This document shows positions 24,268-38,170 of a DNA stretch of 64,000 nt, one piece after another. Origin of the DNA: Octopus sinensis (Eukaryota); assembly GCF_006345805.1 (NCBI RefSeq), contig NC_043006.1:97340001-97404000 (forward strand). The letters run 5' to 3'. Both the position numbers and the translations under genes were made by a program. Every line of letters begins with the position of its first letter. Position 1 is the stretch's first letter. The notes beneath the pieces were generated by a model. It searched no databases and was not told the DNA's origin. It saw only the letters and a list, made by a program, of their open reading frames with translations.

Positions 24268-24727
24268 GTAGCCAGACCATAGGTGTCGCTTCTGACAATC
24301 TCTGTTCAAAGGTTTTATTTACCTACTTCGGTGGAATACATCCACTTGTTTTCAATAATAAATATAAAATTACTAATCTCTCTATCGTCAGCATCGAAAA
24401 TTCGTTGAACCGATACCAGGGTAGCCAATTCACGTCAGAAACACGGTTGAAGCGACCTGTCCAGGGTAGAAACTCCGGGTTCAGTGTAGAAATTTGTGTG
24501 TTGCATATGAATAATGAAAGAATGTATATATATATATATATATATATAATTATATATATATTAATATATATATATCTGTAGTAATATAACACGAGGCTGG
24601 AGGATTTCCGGATCCGGCTTTGATAGATTTCACTATCTATGCACCACACGCCAGCTTTGAGTTGGTGAATTTATATTCACACAACATTATTTATAATGGT
24701 ATATGGTTAATCTTTATAATTATTATA

Positions 24728-25185
24728 TAGGCGCAGGCGTGGTTGTATGATAGGAATCTTGCGTCACAACCACATGGATCCGGTTTCAGTCCCACTAGAT
24801 CCGGTTTCAGGCCGACTAGAACCTCGTGAGCGGATTTCATAGACGAAAACTGAAAGATGCCTGTCGCATATATATATATATGTATACTTATTCTATCGAT
24901 CTTTTTTGTCGATCCGCTAGATTACGGGGACGTAAACACACCAACATCGGTTGTCAAGCGATGGCGGGGGGACAAACACAGACACTTAAATACATGCACA
25001 CACGCGCGCGCACACAAACAGACAGACAGACACACACACACACACATATACGACTTCTTTCAGTTTCCGTCAAGCAAATTCACTCACAAGGCCTTGGTCG
25101 GCCCGAGGCTATTGTAGAAGATAGTTACCCAAGGTGTCACGCAGTGGGATTGAACCCGGAACCATGTGATTGGGAAGCAAGCTTC
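24728..25185. mobile_element. Two partial SINE family B copies in opposite orientation
   Basis: Plus-strand head at 24728; minus-strand copy at ~24887-25185. Confidence 0.7.
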
Positions 25186-25511
25186 GTCAGTGACTTAAAG
25201 TTGGTGTATGGTGTAGAAGCAAATGTTGTGGTCTGCTATTAAGCCTGATCTTCTCCATCCGCGTGTTATATTATTCTTGCATTAACCCCTATGCAAAGAG
25301 GAGTTCTGCTTGGGTATCCAGTTCTAGAAGACCCCCTAAAGCATATAAGATAATATGTGGTAGCCGAATAATGATGTAAGAGCTCTGAATTGCACGTCAC
25401 AAGGTTTTTACCTGAATTGGCACCTTGGGTAGGTGTATTCTACTATAGTCACCTGCCTACCAAAGCCTAGTGCGTGGATTTCCTTGACGGAAACTGAAAG
25501 AAGCCCGTCGT

Positions 25512-25527
25512 ATATCTATCTATCTAC

Positions 25528-25622
<95 letters not shown>

Positions 25623-25623
25623 A

Positions 25624-25690
<67 letters not shown>
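25512..25690. repeat. (TCTA)n microsatellite with no LINE insertion
   Basis: Direct reading. Confidence 0.95.
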
Positions 25691-25692
<2 letters not shown>

Positions 25693-26093
25693 GTTTGTCT
25701 GTCTGTCTGTCTGCCTCTCTGTGTGTGTGATAGACTGGAAGTTTTATATGTGTGAATGTTTGAATGTATTTGTACTCCAGCATGCGTATTGTTGTCTTTG
25801 TATATACTCTGCACCGCGTGTACATGAGTATATGTATGTACGTACGTACGTATGTATGTATGTATGTACGTATGTATGTATGTATGTATGTATGTATGTA
25901 TGTATGTATTGATGTATGTATGCATGTATGTATGTATTTATGTGTGTGTGTGTATATAAATATATATATGCACGTACATACACACATACGTACATGCAGT
26001 GAAAAGTGTATACAAAGACATACATATGTATGTGTCTACATACGTATGCGCATTTGTTCTTTTCCTCCTTACATATCATATGTATATATATTA

Positions 26094-26220
<127 letters not shown>

Positions 26221-26797
26221 ATATATAAAGCCTATTGTTGCATGTACGTATACGAACAATACACTCACACAGACACAGCACTCATAGAAAACGATCAGAA
26301 GAAGGAGAAAGAGAAAGAGGAGAAGAGTAGTAAATGGTGGGGAAAAAAAATTGGCAGAATTCTGATTCTTCTTATTTTTCTTCGACTGTTATTGACAGTT
26401 CTTTTGCGCGGTCAGCTTCACCAACGTGCAAATCTAATGAGAAAATAGCATGTGCTTTCGGAATATGACGAAAGCGGTGCCACGCTGAGGAGTGGCGAGA
26501 GTGTTATGGCAGCATTAGTGGTTATTTAGAGGTGGAGGTTGTAGTGGTCGTGGTGATTGTTTGTGTTGATGGAATTGTGGTGGCAGTAAGCTCACCTACT
26601 GAGACAATTCTTATCGATTTTCTATTTACTATATATTTTTTTCTCTGTCATTTCACATTGCTTGCCTTTCATTCACGGATCAATGACTGCTTAGATTCGC
26701 CTGCAGCTCAAATATATGTTGAACAGACAGAGATGATTTGGGTATTGTGTGATGTATGTATGGATGTATGTATATATGTATGTACGTACGTTTGTAA

Positions 26798-26892
<95 letters not shown>

Positions 26893-27268
26893 AGAGTTGT
26901 ATTAACGTTTGTAAGTGTATATGTATGAATTTTTGTTCGCATGTGTATTACGCACATATACGCATGTACATCCGCGCATACACACATATGCCTATGTGGG
27001 CGTATGTATATCATTGTATAAGGATGCGGATATATCCCTTCATAAAAGTTTGTTTGTATATAATCATGCATATTTATGTATATACTTGTATACATATGTG
27101 TACAGATGTCTATATGCACATGTGTCTTTTATATATATGTATATATATATATATATATGTCTGTATGTATATATATATTTGTATATATATATGTATGTAT
27201 ATATGTATATGTTTAAACGCATGTGTGCACAGATGTCTATATGCACATGTATCTTTATATATATATAT

Positions 27269-27309
<41 letters not shown>

Positions 27310-27975
27310 ATGTGTGTGTTTCTATGTATGTATATATGTATATGTTTAAACGCATGTGTGCACAGATGTCTATATGCACATGTATCTTTATATATATATA
27401 TAATATATATATATATTGTACAATGTGTGTGTTTCTATGTATGTATATATGTATATGTTTAAACGTATGTGTGCGTGTATGTGCGCGCGTGAGTGTTGCG
27501 TAATTCCAGGGGTCCAAGACAATTTCTCTTTTCCCAACCTATAAATCAACAAAGTAATTTAGAAAATGCCACACTCGTAAGATGGTCTATTTGCTGCCAA
27601 CGCCATCTGCATTCAGGCTCCGACATACCTTGGCTGACGATGCACTGGTATGCCTTGTGCTTGCAGTATCTGTGACCGTGTTTCTTTCGCTCGTCTTCAC
27701 TGGGTGAAGCACTAACAGTAGTCGTGAAACTGGTATCAGAAGTGAAACCTCTCAGTGTTCTAACAATTGAGTAATGCGATCGGCGAGGATGTCAATCTTT
27801 GTATTTTGTAGCAGACATGATGTTCTGCATGAGGCTCTGGGTGGGAATGAAAATGTCCGTAGTCGGTTTCGGAGGGCGTTAGGCCTCGGATCCTTGAATA
27901 GTCGCTGAGCGAGTGATATAGTTTTAAGATAACCTATAGGATCATGAAGTCGATCCCAAATGCATGCAGTGATAG

Positions 27976-28015
<40 letters not shown>

Positions 28016-28879
28016 AGGGGGGAGACGAAAGCGTTCTGCACCCACTCGTTCGGTTTTATGTTATCGCTGACTTATGGACTTCTGTTGAAGACTTGTCTCC
28101 TCGTGATATAAGTACCCGACTATCACTCGAATCGGCCGTGAAAATTGTCCCACACTCTCCTATTAATAAAAATGTCAGGTACTTTTCGTTTGGGTATAGT
28201 GAAAGAGGTAGTGTACTAATCGCACATTTCTTTTCTTTCTAGCCAACGTTTACAAATACTACTTGGCATGAAGAGGGAGAAGTAAATTAGCTGAGTGATG
28301 AGTGAGAGTAGCATTCCTGGCATGGTCAAATAGGCCTACTCTGAATACATTTTTGTAGAACAGAGACTACAAATGGTAGAAGCTGACTCCTCTTGGCGAT
28401 CATCGTGATTTTGGATCTGCGAAGAACTCTGATTTGCGATCTGGTTTCTTTTTCAGTTATGCATATACGTGAGAGTCGACTCGTGTCCGAGTAAAACTAT
28501 TTCATAGACCCATTTCACTCTAAGAAGCATATCAGATTTGGTCTGCCCATCGCTGATGAGGTCTCATATGGCACCTAAGGCCTGGAGGTAATTCACGAGT
28601 CATTCCCTACCGACCACTAGTCAACCCTCGAAGACTGGTCTGACTATCCGGATATAAAGACCTACAATACCGAATGATTCTACTGGCCGACCCAGACACT
28701 CTGCTACTACATACATACATACATACATACATACATACATACATACATACATACATACATACATACATGCATGCATGCATTCATACATACATACATACAT
28801 ACATACATGCATGCATACATACATACATACATACATACATACATACATACATACATACATACATACATACGAAAAAGAG

Positions 28880-29330
28880 ACTTCCTGAAATCCCCTTCTT
28901 ATTGAATACAGACACAAGCATCCGCACAAGTAGTACTGGTGGAACATTTCCATCAACCCATCTGTCAAGTGTAAACATAACAAGCCAGATATTGTTGTTT
29001 GGGGCATGAAAAAAAGACATGACCCATTATAGAGGTCAACTGTCTTGCTGATATGAATATCTCTTGGAAATCAAGGAGAAAGAGAATAACTATGGACAAC
29101 TGCTTCGAAACCTCCGACTTCTGTATCTCGATCATAAATTCCAATCTATGACAATAATTGGTGCACTTAGTTTATGAGTAAATGCCTGAGAGACAATCTG
29201 GATAAGCAAGGTGTTTTCAGAAGAAGAAATTAACCAACTAATTTGCATATTAAAAATACAATCTGTAAGTGGAGCCGTAGAGGTATGAAGATTTTTCCCA
29301 AGTTTAAAACGTGACACTGTTTTTTGTTGT
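28880..29330 (+). mobile_element. RLE-domain fragment of an R4/Dong/NeSL-like LINE
   Basis: Translation ...KCKHNKPDIVVWGM...IIEVNC..DMNISWK..KENNYGQL (PD-D/E-like motif). Confidence 0.65.
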
Positions 29331-29739
29331 ATCTGAATTCTAATGACAGAGTTTTGTATCTTTAATAGAAACCAGCTCATTGTTCAGAGGAGGAGTTTGA
29401 ATAACTAAAAACAGAACAGAACATAGAAAGATAGATGCATACATACATACATACATGCGCACATAACACATTATGTGTATATACGCACACACACACTCAC
29501 TAATCTCGTGCGCACACACATTCACACATATGTATGTGTACACGTGCACACACACACACACACACGCACACACAAATATTATGAACGAAAAAATTACATT
29601 CAGATAATTTCTCTTTCGTACGACGCAAATTAGAAGACCGCTCTCTGGTTTTGCAAGCGAAGACGAAAACCACATCTTTGTGATCACGTGACTGTTTAAA
29701 AAGTAGGCGTGCTTTTACACTATGGGTGAAGTATAAATA

Positions 29740-30988
29740 TCAAGTCATCCCATAAGTTCTGTCCGAATTTTGAATAAAGAAAACAAATGATCAATTGTTA
29801 TATTTAATTGAAATTTAATCATCAATATACATTCCCTGATTATCTATGACTTCCTTCCATCTATTTACGAGCTTTTTAATCCCATCAATGTAAAACTCTT
29901 TTGGTTTCAAAGCGAAGAACTCTGAAATGTCAGTTTTGACCTCCTCCTGGCTTGCGAAAGTTATGTCCCCCAAATGATTCTATAAACTACGAAACAAATG
30001 GTAATCTGAAGGAGCAAGGTCGGGAGAATAAAGTGGATGAGGAATTTTTCCCAACCAAGCTTTTCGATCTTCTGTGATGTGATCTTTGCAGCGTGGGGTC
30101 GCGCATTGTCCTGATGAAACATCACTCCTTTTCGATTCACTAACGCGGGACTTTCTTCCTTCAAAGCTTGATTCAAAAGCTCTAATTGCTGACAGTTTGA
30201 CTTGAGAATTGATTGTTGCATTAGGTAGTAACGATTCAAAGTGAATTACTCCTTTGCAATCCGACCAGATAGACAGAAGAAACTTTTTTCCCATGAAGTT
30301 CCCTTCTCGGTTGTGGTTGAACTTTTTCCTTCTTACCGAGCCATTTTTTACGACGTTTAATATTTCGATAGACGATCCATTTTTCGTCACCTGTCACAAG
30401 TTTATCCAACAAGGGTGAAATGAGTTCACAGGAATGGAGAGAAGAGCAGATGTTAACTCAGGATATGCAGTTGCTTTCGGACAATTCATGAGGCATCCAT
30501 TTTCCAAGTTTAGGAACCTTTCCAAGTTGTTGAAGATGATGATGAACAGTTGTATGGTTTGAACTAGGCTTTATTGCCAATTCTTCAACTGATATATTGC
30601 AGGATTTTCTTCAAGTAATACCTCAAGGAGCTTAAGGCTAAAATCTCCACTTCTGAATTTTGCAGACCATCTTCTGCAAGTTCTTTCATTCAAGCATTCT
30701 TTCCCATAAACTGAGAGTATATTTCGAGTCGCTTCAGCTGCAGAATTTCCTTTTTTGTACTCATAAAGCATTATGTGCCTTAAATGCTCTCTGGATACTT
30801 CCATGTTAGAAAGGGTTTTAATCAAAGACATTTTAATTCTATTATTCTGTAAAATAATATTTAATTAGTTTAAATGTACACAAATGCATAAAAATAATTT
30901 TTAATTCCATTAGACATTCTAAAATACTATTAAATTCCATTCAATTTTAAAAAAGGTAAAATCGGACAGAACTTATGGGATCACCTGA
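29740..30988 (-). mobile_element. Near full-length degenerate mariner (~1.25 kb)
   Basis: Imperfect TIRs tcaagtcatcccataagttctgtccgaattt / aaatcggacagaacttatgggatcacctga. Protein pieces include MEVSREHLRHIMLYEY, FHQDNARPH and YSPDLAPSDYHLFRSL. Confidence 0.9.
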
Positions 30989-31726
30989 AGAGTGTAAGTT
31001 AGTAACAAGGTTAGTAATCAGGAATACAAGAAGAGTGTAAGTCGAGAACACGTGGCGAATTAATTCGCACTGGAAGCCGATTCGAACGGTTTTATGTAAT
31101 AGTCAGTGCCATGCAGTCGGTGGTGCCGGGAAATTTTCGTATGGAACAATTGACACAGTATTTGGTGTAGAGTGTGAAGCTGGTTTCGGCAGTTAATGCA
31201 AACAGTGGGCTTTCGAACTGATTGCGAAAGTAGTGGGAACTTGGCAACGTAAAGAAGGCGGAATGGTACCGCGAATTCGGAAGTAACATGAGTTCTTTCA
31301 AAAAACAAAAAGAAAAACAAAGCAAGAAAGATAGAAAACAAATCATTAGACTAGTGAATAAAAGAAGAGCTCACCAAAAGTATTCTACACATTTCAAAGG
31401 CGAATGTAAGAACTCTCTAAAAACTCTCCAAGGAACTGTTTATTTATTCCATAAATGTTATTGGCCTCTTAAGTAAAGTTCTTTTATGTTGGTTATACTC
31501 AACGGTTTTGTTTGCTATTTTCAACACTTCTGATTTTTTTGACTACTGCTTCTTTGCTCTAAGCAAGTTGGTTTGCTGAGCTTCGCCTACTCAGTCTTTT
31601 GAGCTATCGGACACAGACTGCTGCGTTGCAGGTGGTAATGAAAGGATTGCCTTGTTCAATTAAATGGAATCGCATGAAACGATCGTACTGCATTACCTCT
31701 GAATATTCTTGTTGCTTATTTTTATA

Positions 31727-31888
31727 TCTCTATATATAAAACTGAAATGCGTTTTTACCGCTTGGTTTGCTTTCAATGCCACTACATCCCGTCCGATTCG
31801 CTCCAAAATTTACAGGGACATGTAGAATGAGGTGACGATGTGCGTGGGGTACCTTAGAAATCCCTATCTTAAAAGGTGTGGTTGCTAG
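31727..31888 (+). mobile_element. Possible Helitron 5' fragment
   Basis: Start a|tctctatatataaaactg resembles the 5' ends of the Helitrons at 44.9-48.8 kb; no 3' hairpin found. Confidence 0.3.
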
Positions 31889-32146
31889 GGGCCATCTTCC
31901 TACCTCACCCTATTTCCTCCAGTACTCTGTCACTCCTCTTCATTTGACAATGCAACTACCGTTATTTAATGTAAAGTCTTCCTCAAATCACTCTGTCGCT
32001 ATTTACTCTCTTCCAAGAACATTTTCACTCACTCTTATCGCTTACCTTCCTATACATTTTACTCATGTATCTATCAGCGTTCATGGACAGTAACAAATAT
32101 TACATCGCCATCCCCATCGCCATCGCATTCTATTGTCTACCTGTCA

Positions 32147-32177
<31 letters not shown>

Positions 32178-32281
32178 CATATATCTAATATTATATTTTT
32201 ATTTTTATGTTTTTGTTTTTGGTTTTTTACTGTTTCATTTCCCTATTAGTGGTTTTATCTCTAATTTAATTTCTACAGCGT

Positions 32282-32326
<45 letters not shown>

Positions 32327-33224
32327 TATGTGGCCCCAGTACACCCGAATGAAATCGGGTTCTCTTCATCAAAATGTGAAAAGGGGTCTACAATTATCAT
32401 CGCCACAACTTATGTATGTCTTCCTCACTCACTCACTCTTTTTCCTAATGATAATTATCATCGCCACCACCAACACACAATCTGGACAATCTTTCTCTTA
32501 TAACAAATCATGTTTACATTGCAACGACGTCTGCCACCTCCGCCGTCTCTATTTATTCTGCAAATGACCAGGTTATATTAAACAAAAGGTGAAAAGGGGT
32601 ATAAATGGGGCTGGAAGGGGATTAAAATTTAAAGGAGCGGGTGTTTAGCAATTCTCTGTTACATCAAGCTAAAAAATTTGCTCCAGCCTTTTAATCGTCA
32701 ATGTGTTGCCGTCCATGATGAAGAAGTTTTGAATGCTTGCCATCGTGAGTCTACTGTCGTGAGAAAGAATCAAGTCAAAACTTGGTTTTTAGGGATTTTC
32801 TTTTACATCAAGTTCAAAATTTTACGCCAGCCGTTGAACTGTCAATACGTTGCTGTCCGTCGTTAAGAAATGCCAGTCATGGTGACTCTACTATCCTCAA
32901 ATTCTATCCCTTCAAACTTTGGTTTCCAATATTTTATTATTTTTATTCAGCTCGCAAGTTCGTCTGTCCCTTTTAAATGTTAGTGTTTTGCTGTCTGTCT
33001 TGAAGCAGACCTTTCCTTTGTAACTGCCTGATATTTATGATTGATCTTTCTAAATATTTTATTTCTCAACTTACTCAAGATCTTTTGTTGTTTATAAATG
33101 GGAGAGAGATACATAAAGATAGAGAGTAAGAGAAAGCGAGGGAGAGTCCGAGAGAAAGGAAGAGTAAGAGAGTGGGAAAGTGAGAGAGAAAGGAGAAAGA
33201 AACAAAGAGGGAGAATCATCATCA

Positions 33225-33530
33225 TCATCATCATCGTTTAACGTCCGTTTTCCGTGCTAGCACGGGTTGGACAGTTTGACAGGGGTCTGGGAAGCCAGGA
33301 GGCTGCACCAAGCTCCAGTCTGATCTGGCAGTGTTTCGACAGGTGGATGCCCTTCCTAACGCCAACCACTCTGTGAGCGTAGTGGGTGCTTTTTTCGTGC
33401 CGCCTGCACAGGTGCCAGGGGGGCTGGCAGCGGCCACGATCGGTTGGTGCTTTTTACGTGCCACCAGCACAGAAGCCAGTCAAGGCGGCGCTGCAATCCG
33501 CCACGTTCGGATGGTGCTTTTTACGTGCTG
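33225..33530 (-). mobile_element. SINE or LINE 3'-UTR-like repeat with an (ATG)n tail and three internal ggtgcttttt(a)cgtgc repeats
   Basis: GC-rich island abutting (CAT)n, containing the motif ggatgcccttcctaacgccaacc. Confidence 0.55.
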
Positions 33531-33958
33531 AAAGGAAGCAACAGAAAGTAACAACCACACTCTTACCCGCGCGTAGAGCGGGTCACCTTCAGCTAGTATA
33601 TATATATATATATATATATATACAATTCATAAATAAGGGCAAACGAAAAAATTTCTAATGCCAAATATGCCGAAAAATTAGACATATTGTCCATTAACCA
33701 TATAATTTTTTCACAATACGCACGCTACTCGAAAAAAGGTGGACAGAAATTTCTAAAAAATTCCATTATTACCATATCGGACCGATTTCAGGGTTAGCTT
33801 ATAACAGCCCTCCCTTCGTCAGTGATACATGTGGCAAAAGAAATAAATGAGATACTTACTCATACCTATGGAAGAAGCAAACACTAAGTCATGAGCACAA
33901 TTTGGTACCCCAAATACATCCAAAATAGAAATACTCTAGCCCATTCGAGACACGTGCG

Positions 33959-34009
<51 letters not shown>

Positions 34010-34747
34010 CATTGCATGCCATGCTTTGTCAGATTCTTGGTAACCACTTGTCTCACTAGTATGAATAATATGGAAGCAATTATCTTGGAGCGAAGAGACA
34101 TTGTGTGTGCTTCTCTACATTTACCTCTTAGCACAACCAATTGCGAGAGAAAGTCATCCCAATGCTTGGCTAGTATTTTATTTTATCGATCCCGGAAGGA
34201 TGAAAAACGAATCGAACCCTCGCAGACTTTGCCCTGAGAGTGCACAAAATCAGAACAAATATTGCAAGGGATTTTTTTTGACCAACGCTCATAGAATTGG
34301 GCTCGGTACAATCACCTGAGTCATCTCTCACAATCTGAGACCCTGTGCCTATATCAGGGATCACTATTTAGTTGCTTAAAATTGCTTCTTTTTACATTAT
34401 GGATACAAACCTCGTCCGGTTTTCATTTTGCCTTTTTATTTATCTGGGTTCGATGAAATAAGAACCAATCAAATATTGATGTAGGGGTAAATTACTGGAT
34501 TCTCCCACCGCCTGCAGAACGGTGTGACATTCTGGTGATGCAAGAAAGTAAATATTTTTTATTACAATTGTTCGTAAATGCTTTTCTATTTTTCTCGGGA
34601 TGTCAATTCGAGCCGTCATTTATGTCAATTTATCTGTTTCTTTACTCACGTAATTTCCTGATGACATAAAATAATGAAATATAACCCTTGTATGCACGCA
34701 CGCACATTTACACACATATATAAATATACATAAACACACATATATAT

Positions 34748-34974
34748 TTTTTTTACTACCCACAAGGGGCTACACACAGAGGGGACAACCAAAGACAGAC
34801 AAAGGGATTAAGTCGATTACATCGACCCCAGTGCGAAACTGGTACTTAATTTATCGACCCCGAAAGGATGAAAGGCAAAGTCGACCTCGGCGGAATTTGA
34901 ACTCAGAATGTAACGACAGACGAAATACGGCTACGCATTTCGCCCGGCGTGCTTAACGATTCTGCCAGCTCGCC
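34748..34974 (-). mobile_element. Full SINE family A
   Basis: Reverse complement of the family A head, body and tail. Confidence 0.85.
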
Positions 34975-35237
34975 GCCCTTATAACACACACATATATATA
35001 TACACACATACATATAAGCACGTACATGTATATATACACACACACACACACACACACAAACATAGTCAGTGACACTAACTGCTTCTGACGCCATTGATAT
35101 TGCCATTTACATCTTTTAGCGAACCAATTTACAAAATAATGGGTAATTCATCATTTTGCTTTTGAATTTCAAATTAGATCAATTGGCTATTATGTATAGC
35201 ACTTACAGATAATACAAACACACGCTCACACACTCAC

Positions 35238-35355
35238 ATATATGAGTCTAGAAGGCTGCACTTCGTGAATTGTAGCATTCTTGCACCGTTCTGCTAGATT
35301 CACTGCCATTTCCCACCGAAAATTGTCGACTGGAGTTTCAGCGTATATTGTAGTT
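35238..35355 (-). CDS. Candidate internal coding exon, product unknown (TTIYAETPVDNFRWEMAVNLAERCKNATIHEVQPSRLIY)
   Basis: catcag acceptor and GTGAGT donor; 118 nt; only one frame is open; non-repetitive sequence. Confidence 0.3.
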
Positions 35356-35379
35356 CTGATGTAAGTAGTATACTCGTAT

Positions 35380-35880
35380 ACTGGTTTCAAATTTTGGCAC
35401 GAGGCCAGCAATTTCAAGGAAGTGGGTAAAACGATTGCATCGATTCCAGTGCTCAACTAGTATTTCATTTTATCAACCCCGAAAGGATGAAAAGCAAAGT
35501 CAACTTCGACGGAATTTGAACTTAGAACGTAGAGATGAACGAAATACCGCAAAGAATTTTGCCCGGCGTGCTAACGGTTCTTCTAGCTTGTCGCATTATT
35601 AATCTAAACTGGTTTCAAATTTTGTCTGGATATCAACAATAAAATAATTGATCTCCGGTAATATTGGTTTCAAATTTTGCCAGAAGACCAACAATTTTGG
35701 TGAAGTGGCGGGTAAGTCAATTGTATCAATCCCAGTGCTCATCTGGCACTTATTTTCTCAACCCCAAAAGGATGAAAGGCAAGGTCAACCTCGGTGGTAT
35801 TTGAACTCAGAACGTAAAGATGGATGAAATGTCGCTAAGCCTTTTGCCCAGCGTGGTAACGATTCTGCCAGCTCGCCGCC
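35380..35880 (-). mobile_element. Two diverged SINE family A copies
   Basis: Family A body and head motifs occur twice. Confidence 0.75.
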
Positions 35881-36142
35881 TTAAGAAGCAGAATATATTA
35901 ACAGTGTGGGATAGACAGAATATGTTGGAGTTGGGCCATAGTTGATGTTGGCCTTTGCGTTGGCGGTGTATAATCTATGTTTTATAAATGGTGTATGTTG
36001 TTGCCGTAGTGTTTTGAAATTTTGGAGTAGTATAAGCAGTGTTGGTTGAAGCTGTAGCAACCATTCGGTGCCGTTGCCCTAATACATACAAACATACATA
36101 CATGTTTGTCTACGTGCATACACACACACACACACGTTTATG

Positions 36143-36197
<55 letters not shown>

Positions 36198-36497
36198 GGG
36201 GAAAGTAGGAAGAAAAAAAGCGAAAATGCACATTGAATATCAAAAGGCTCTTTTTTATGAAAAGTAGCGATAAATACAATTAAATGAACTGAGGGTTGCT
36301 GTTCACTGGCTTTGAAATTCAAAATAATGAATTTAATTCCTCTTAATTCCACCTCAGTTCATCTAATTGTATTTATTTATCGCTACTTTTCATAAAAAGC
36401 CTTTTTTACATATTCAATGTGCATTTTCGCTTTCTTTCTTCTTACTTTCCCCATATCTTTTCCACGTGTAGTTTCTATTTTTTTAAAACATATTTCT

Positions 36498-36577
<80 letters not shown>

Positions 36578-36659
36578 ATATGTTCCACAATCAAGAAACA
36601 CGGTTATCGATATCATAAAACGGAAGTTTAAATACAAATCCGTATAACTGAAAACGATT

Positions 36660-37300
36660 ACAAGTGAAGGTCAATGATCTCCAAAGCTCTGCTGACCAAC
36701 GTCAAGTATGAGGCTTCTACTTAGTTATCCGTGCCACTTGTGAACCTATCAAACACTGTAACAGCCCCGATGAAAGCTTAATGCACCAGTATTTTGATAG
36801 GTGACGAAACTATTCCGAACAGTTGGACTGAACACTTCAACAAACTACTGAACCGACTACCAACTGCCTCTGATGATCATCATGTCCATCCTTTCTTAGC
36901 AGCTGTGGACATCAGCAACTCCATATCGCAAGGAACAATACTCTTGATCATGATTCCGTTGTTGCATAATTATAAAACGAAGGAGGAAGTTCCTTGAAAG
37001 CTCATCAGTTTTCACTGATTCTAGGAGTATGGGAAAAACGATTTGTTTCTAGTGACTTTCGAATCATCGATATTGCGACTCCCATAAAATGGGATGAGTA
37101 TGTGGTTTATGGAATCTCCAAAGAAATTTCTTTATTATCATCAGATGATAAGTTCATGTCTCGAATATTGCTGAATCAGCTTAGTCAACCACTTAAACAT
37201 ATCTTGGAGTCTTAGTGCAGTTTCCATCTTCGACGAGCCGCGAATGAATGCCTTTTGGAACAAGACAACCTCAAAATAAAAAACGCAAAGTTGGGAAAAA
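36660..37300 (+). mobile_element. Old RTE-type LINE ORF fragment
   Basis: ...ETIPNSWTEHFNKLLNR... and ISLLSSDDKFMSRILLNQL..ILES*CSF resemble RTE RT N-terminal motifs. Confidence 0.6.
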
Positions 37301-38170
37301 TGCCTTAATGTTATTCGTTCCGGTTCATTGCAGTCTGACTTTATATTCAATCACGGTCAGCTTTGCCGCTTATCACTAAATGGTTGATAAAATATAATAC
37401 CCGTCTAATACTGCAGTCAATACAATCAACTAATCTCTTCACCTCTCAAAATTGGTGACCTTGGGCTTACATTAGAAATAAAGAGAGCGAGGGATTGATA
37501 GAGCGTCGGATAAAAGTACCTGACGGTATTTTTTCTGGCTCTGTACATTCTACATTCAAACCCTACCAAGGTCAACTTGTTCTTTCAATCTTCTTGGGTC
37601 GATAAAATAAAGTTTCTGTCAAGTAGTGGAGTCTTTGGTATCATCTAACTTCCGCTCCTCAAAATGTCCACCTTGTGCCGAAATTAGACAAATTATTTTA
37701 CCTGTTGTTTTTTAGGAGAATTATTTTGCCCAAAAAAATCAAAAAACAAAAGCAAAAAACAAAAATAAAAACAACAAAATACGCCCTGGTTTCATTTCAC
37801 CTCTTTTTATCATAATTAGTTAACTAATTAACCAATAAACTAATTATCTAATCGATTACTTGATTAATCCTTCAATCAATCAATTAATTTGTTTGCTAAA
37901 GTCCTTTCCTCGCCATAAGCCCTTTCACCAATGACATGGCCTTGATATTCCAGTTCTCCAAGCTTTCGTTGTTGCATTTACGCGTATTCTCTGGAATGCG
38001 TGTAAGTGAATGAGTAAGAGAGTGAGTGAATGAATGAACGTGTGAGTGAGTGAGTGAGTGAGTGAATGAGTGAAAGTGTGAGTAAGTGAATGTGATCGTG
38101 TGGCAACGTGAGTGCGAGAGAGCACTTGTGTTGTGGTTTCTGTTTTCCTTCATTTTATTTCACCTTTTAC

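Noticed and set aside
28553-28600. CTGATGAG as a hammerhead core
   Set aside because: No GAAA follows the putative stem II.
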